Positions 60,885 to 64,000 of a stretch of DNA of 64,000 nt are shown here, piece after piece; position 1 is the stretch's first letter; every line of letters starts with the position of its first letter. The notes beneath the pieces are model-generated. The model worked only from the letters and a program-made list of their open reading frames with translations. It did not search any database and was not told the DNA's origin. The stretch lies in IMG/VR virus record IMGVR_UViG_3300032007_000008. One strand, 5' to 3'. The DNA comes from a virus. Lineage: Duplodnaviria > Heunggongvirae > Uroviricota > Caudoviricetes. The translations under genes and the position numbers were made by a program.

Positions 60885-62492
60885 TTATGGTATTGGAACA
60901 GATGGTGTAAATACAATATCTGATAAATACAATCCGCGATGATAACTGGTATTAGAAGTTCTTGTATATACTCTAATATCAAAAACAGTGGACGACGGCA
61001 ATTCTTTTGCAATACTCTGCCATGTTGTAAGATTACCGGAACCAGAATTATTATACGTCACAAATTTAGTATCCTTACCATCAATCGAATACCAAGCGTC
61101 CAGCTGTATGTAATAATAAGCAGTATATGTCCCATCTCCTCTGTATGAAAAAGAAATATTTCCATCGACAGATGCAACGAAAGATAGCCTTGGCGTAGTA
61201 CCATAACTTGATGCCGCACGAGCCAACACGTTCACTCCATCCTTTCCATACGTTGAATAATTTGCAGTAGAAATGCCAGTTCCGCCGCCATTAATATACC
61301 ACATTGCAATATTTCCTGAAAATTTCAGAATGTCTGCCACTGATATAATATGCCCAACTTCAAATAGCACGTCTCCAATCGTTATATCATCTGCGATAAC
61401 GTCACCAGTATCAAGCTGTGATGCCTGTTTTGCAATCTTGGTAGATGTAATTTGAAAGCTGTCATACTGTTCATATTGACTGAACAAATCTACCATTTCT
61501 TCAGTTATTATCTGTAACGCTTCGCAAACTAAAACACTAGCGTCTGCTTCAGAATCATAACAATATATATTGGAAAGAGCCAAACTGCCTATATGCTCAT
61601 CAGTCAACTCATAATAGTCATCAACTGTTGATTTATCGAATACCAAGCATTCAGCATCTATCGAAGTGTTTTTTAGATAAAGGGCATTCACTGATGCATT
61701 CAAAAATTCAATTGGCGAAGTGCTGGTATTATAGGGTATCCAATGCGCGTACACAATAAAATCTCTTATTGGTACTCGGCTCGACATATTAAGTCCGATT
61801 TTGAAATCGACTATAGTTTCGCCCGTCTCGTCATCTGTATGTTCTGAATACCAGCCATCAAAAACGTAGCCGCTTCGAACAGGTATTGGAAGTCCAAAGT
61901 CGCTGTATGGTTCATATGGAGCATATTCTCTACTTGCCGTATCACATGTGCCGCCCATTGGATTAAACGTCACCATAGTTCCGCTTATCATGAAATGGGC
62001 ATATAAATCCGTTACGGTGTCGTCAATTTCGGATGTTTCGTATATGCGTATATTATGTTCAACATGCTCTTCGTTTGCATACCATCCTGCAAAGAAATTA
62101 CTCCCTTTGGTCGGAGCAGGAAGAGAGTTCCATTTCATGTCGTTATTCATGTCAGCTTCCGCGTAATGGTCGCTTGACGAAATAACACCTCCATCGAGAT
62201 TAAGTTTTACCCAATGTGCATACAATATTTTCGCGTTTATATCCGCTGCATCCGAAACAAGAACTTTTCTGCCGTGTCCATGCTCCTTTTCCGTAAACCA
62301 GCCTGTAAACTTATATCCATCTCTTGTCGGAATTGGAAGAGAATCGTATGCGCTTTCTGGAAAATAATAATCCTTTTCTATAGAATCGCATATTCCGCCA
62401 TTCGCATCAAACACAACAAAAAAATGCATGTTCGAAACTTTTTTTATGACATTTAACGTAGAATTATGTTTATTTGAAATTATTCTTGACAT
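60885..62492 (-). CDS. Tail fibre / receptor-binding-like protein with three Listeria-Bacteroides (InlB B-type) repeats
   Basis: Three repeat units of the pattern FDANGG...GYKFTGWFTE...LYAHW are present (VVFDANGG..., LNLDGG...FFAGWY...LYAHF, VTFNPMGG...FDGWYSE...VYAHW). Confidence 0.6.
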   Translation of the reverse strand: MSRIISNKHNSTLNVIKKVSNMHFFVVFDANGGICDSIEKDYYFPESAYDSLPIPTRDGYKFTGWFTEKEHGHGRKVLVSDAADINAKILYAHWVKLNLDGGVISSSDHYAEADMNNDMKWNSLPAPTKGSNFFAGWYANEEHVEHNIRIYETSEIDDTVTDLYAHFMISGTMVTFNPMGGTCDTASREYAPYEPYSDFGLPIPVRSGYVFDGWYSEHTDDETGETIVDFKIGLNMSSRVPIRDFIVYAHWIPYNTSTSPIEFLNASVNALYLKNTSIDAECLVFDKSTVDDYYELTDEHIGSLALSNIYCYDSEADASVLVCEALQIITEEMVDLFSQYEQYDSFQITSTKIAKQASQLDTGDVIADDITIGDVLFEVGHIISVADILKFSGNIAMWYINGGGTGISTANYSTYGKDGVNVLARAASSYGTTPRLSFVASVDGNISFSYRGDGTYTAYYYIQLDAWYSIDGKDTKFVTYNNSGSGNLTTWQSIAKELPSSTVFDIRVYTRTSNTSYHRGLYLSDIVFTPSVPIP

Positions 62493-62508
62493 ATTATACC
62501 GTCTTTCA

Positions 62509-63672
62509 TTATTCTGATGGAACCCATCTTACGTTGCTAAATCTAGCTTCTCCCCCCGCATAAGCATATGTTGATACATTGCAGAATATTATCAAATGCT
62601 CTCCCTCTGGTATGGAAATATTTTCCACATGTAAAGATGTAGCATCATATGTAATATCCCCAGTATCTTCATCATAGTTCTCATTGGCCCATCCTATTTC
62701 CGCAATACATACATGATACGAATCCCAATCAGAATAATCATATCCAACAAAGTCACACAAATAATTCGCATAATCATCACCGCTCCAATTGAACGAATTA
62801 TCCCCATAATAGTCAAAAATATCAACGGCACGTTGAATAAAATCTCTATTTCTGTCGATTCTATCCATTCCTTCTATATCACGGTCAACAATCATCATTG
62901 CGTGGCCAATGCCTGGACCGCCTTCATAATAATATCTCATATCAACAGATAATTGTCCAGGTCCTACAACAGTGGTTTTAAATCCTGTATATACTGGCGT
63001 AGCGTTTTGTTCTCCATTCCAGAACCTCCACCGCTCAGAGTCAAATCGTGATTCTACATAACCAAGCCCGTCTGTTCTGCCAGCATCATCCGGAATCCAT
63101 TCATAATTATCAGTAAGATGCTCAAAATAAAGGTTTTTCGTAGGACATATTATTCTTCCTATAGAATCACCATATTCCACAAAAACTCCGTAATACGTAG
63201 TTTCCTCAGATGGTACTATGCTATCTTTTGTTATTTTTCCAGTACTTCCATCAGAAGAAAGGTACCATGCATCCAAATCCTTAGTGCTTCCGCTTCCTGT
63301 TGCACCTGGAAGAATTCCAAATGGGTGACCTGGATAATAGAAATGGGTAGTATCCCAGTTTTCGTCATCAAGAGTACCTCCATTCTCCGTGGCATTCCAA
63401 TGTATAGCAACAGGGTCTGTCCAATGTGCATATAGAACTCTCGTATTTCCACTTGCCAAAGTATCTTCTGTAACCTTTAGTCCACCTACGGCTTCCGTAT
63501 ACCAACCCTCGAAAAACTTATTTCCAAAAACAGGAACTGGGAGACTTCCCACCTTTTCTCCATCGACAACGTTAATTGCATAAATGTCAGAAATTCCCCC
63601 CATAGGATTTAGAGTCATGCTAAACTGAAATGCTGTAGACAATTTAGAAACCCAAAAAATACTATTATTCAT
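62509..63672 (-). CDS. Tail fibre / receptor-binding-like protein with a Listeria-Bacteroides repeat and a C-terminal domain shared with the next gene
   Basis: The N-terminal repeat is LNPMGG...FFEGWYTE...VLYAHW. The C-terminal segment SIPEGEHLIIF...AGGEARFSNVRWVPSE is paralogous to the C-terminus of 63685..64000. The RBS is aaagga. Confidence 0.55.
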   Translation of the reverse strand: MNNSIFWVSKLSTAFQFSMTLNPMGGISDIYAINVVDGEKVGSLPVPVFGNKFFEGWYTEAVGGLKVTEDTLASGNTRVLYAHWTDPVAIHWNATENGGTLDDENWDTTHFYYPGHPFGILPGATGSGSTKDLDAWYLSSDGSTGKITKDSIVPSEETTYYGVFVEYGDSIGRIICPTKNLYFEHLTDNYEWIPDDAGRTDGLGYVESRFDSERWRFWNGEQNATPVYTGFKTTVVGPGQLSVDMRYYYEGGPGIGHAMMIVDRDIEGMDRIDRNRDFIQRAVDIFDYYGDNSFNWSGDDYANYLCDFVGYDYSDWDSYHVCIAEIGWANENYDEDTGDITYDATSLHVENISIPEGEHLIIFCNVSTYAYAGGEARFSNVRWVPSE

Positions 63673-63684
63673 ATCACAAATCCT

Positions 63685-64000
63685 TTATGTTGAAATCCAA
63701 CTAACTCCGCTAAGCCATACCTTGTTTTCGCCGCCAGACCCGCCAGCATCTCTTACATATAGCAAGTATAAAGTATGCTCGCCCTCTGGAATTGACAAAC
63801 TCTGCAAAGACCAACCCATGCCCCCATATGCAAAACCACCATATACATATGGCTGGTTATTCCTTTCCCCATTAACATAACTCATGGCCATATCGCATAA
63901 TTCCCACTTGTCAGTAATAGAGTCCATAAAAAATACCATACCATCCCATTCACCTTCAGTAGAAGCCATTGCATAAAACGAAAACGTGCCAGGCCCTGTC
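63685..64000 (-). CDS. 3' end of a gene truncated by the window edge; its C-terminal domain is paralogous to that of 62509..63672
   Basis: The ORF runs off the window. Its C-terminal segment reads SIPEGEHTLYLLYVRDAGGSGGENKVWLSGVSWIST. Confidence 0.5.
   Translation of the reverse strand, partial: TGPGTFSFYAMASTEGEWDGMVFFMDSITDKWELCDMAMSYVNGERNNQPYVYGGFAYGGMGWSLQSLSIPEGEHTLYLLYVRDAGGSGGENKVWLSGVSWIST

Noticed and set aside
1-64000. Integrase, att sites, or prophage boundaries
   Set aside because: No tyrosine or serine recombinase motifs, tRNA genes, or flanking direct repeats were seen. The window appears internal to the element.

Overview
The window is densely packed (>90% coding) and looks like part of a large, probably virulent, bacteriophage or phage-like element. 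The host is probably a Firmicutes / Gram-positive-like gut bacterium. Evidence for that: strong AGGAG Shine-Dalgarno sites, near-consensus sigma-70 promoters (TTGACT-N17-TATAAT, often with an extended -10 TGg), Listeria-Bacteroides (InlB B-type) repeats in the putative tail-fibre proteins, and about 47% GC.

There are no rRNA genes, convincing tRNA genes, CRISPR arrays, integrases or att sites. There are also no capsid, portal or terminase genes, so this is an accessory, non-structural part of a big genome.

Architecture:
- 1 to 28.5 kb: about 80 mostly small plus-strand genes, each behind its own promoter and terminator. The same promoter-plus-leader cassette is reused several times, centred on TATAATAGGCGGCGTTT.
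- 28.6 to 59.3 kb: a long minus-strand block.
- 59.3 to 59.7 kb: an AT-rich divergent intergenic region.
- 59.7 to 64 kb: one plus-strand gene of low GC, then receptor-binding / tail-fibre-like genes on the minus strand.

Recognisable genes include:
- A complete five-gene nicotinamide-to-NAD+ salvage operon (pncB, nadD-like NMNAT, Nudix, nadE, pncA).
- A candidate RNA/tRNA-repair-like module: an RNA ligase with an N-terminal tRNA-binding-like domain, a classic AAA ATPase, a vWA/MIDAS protein that may be Ro60-like or DUF2828-like, and a calcineurin-like phosphoesterase. A Pth2 peptidyl-tRNA hydrolase and a HAD phosphatase lie elsewhere.
- An SPFH/flotillin-like protein and a LemA-family protein.
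- An SprT-like HExxH protease and a second HExxH protein.
- dUTPase and dCMP deaminase.
- A lone RmlD (dTDP-4-dehydrorhamnose reductase) homolog.
- A 12-TM MFS transporter.

Most other ORFs have no recognisable domain.
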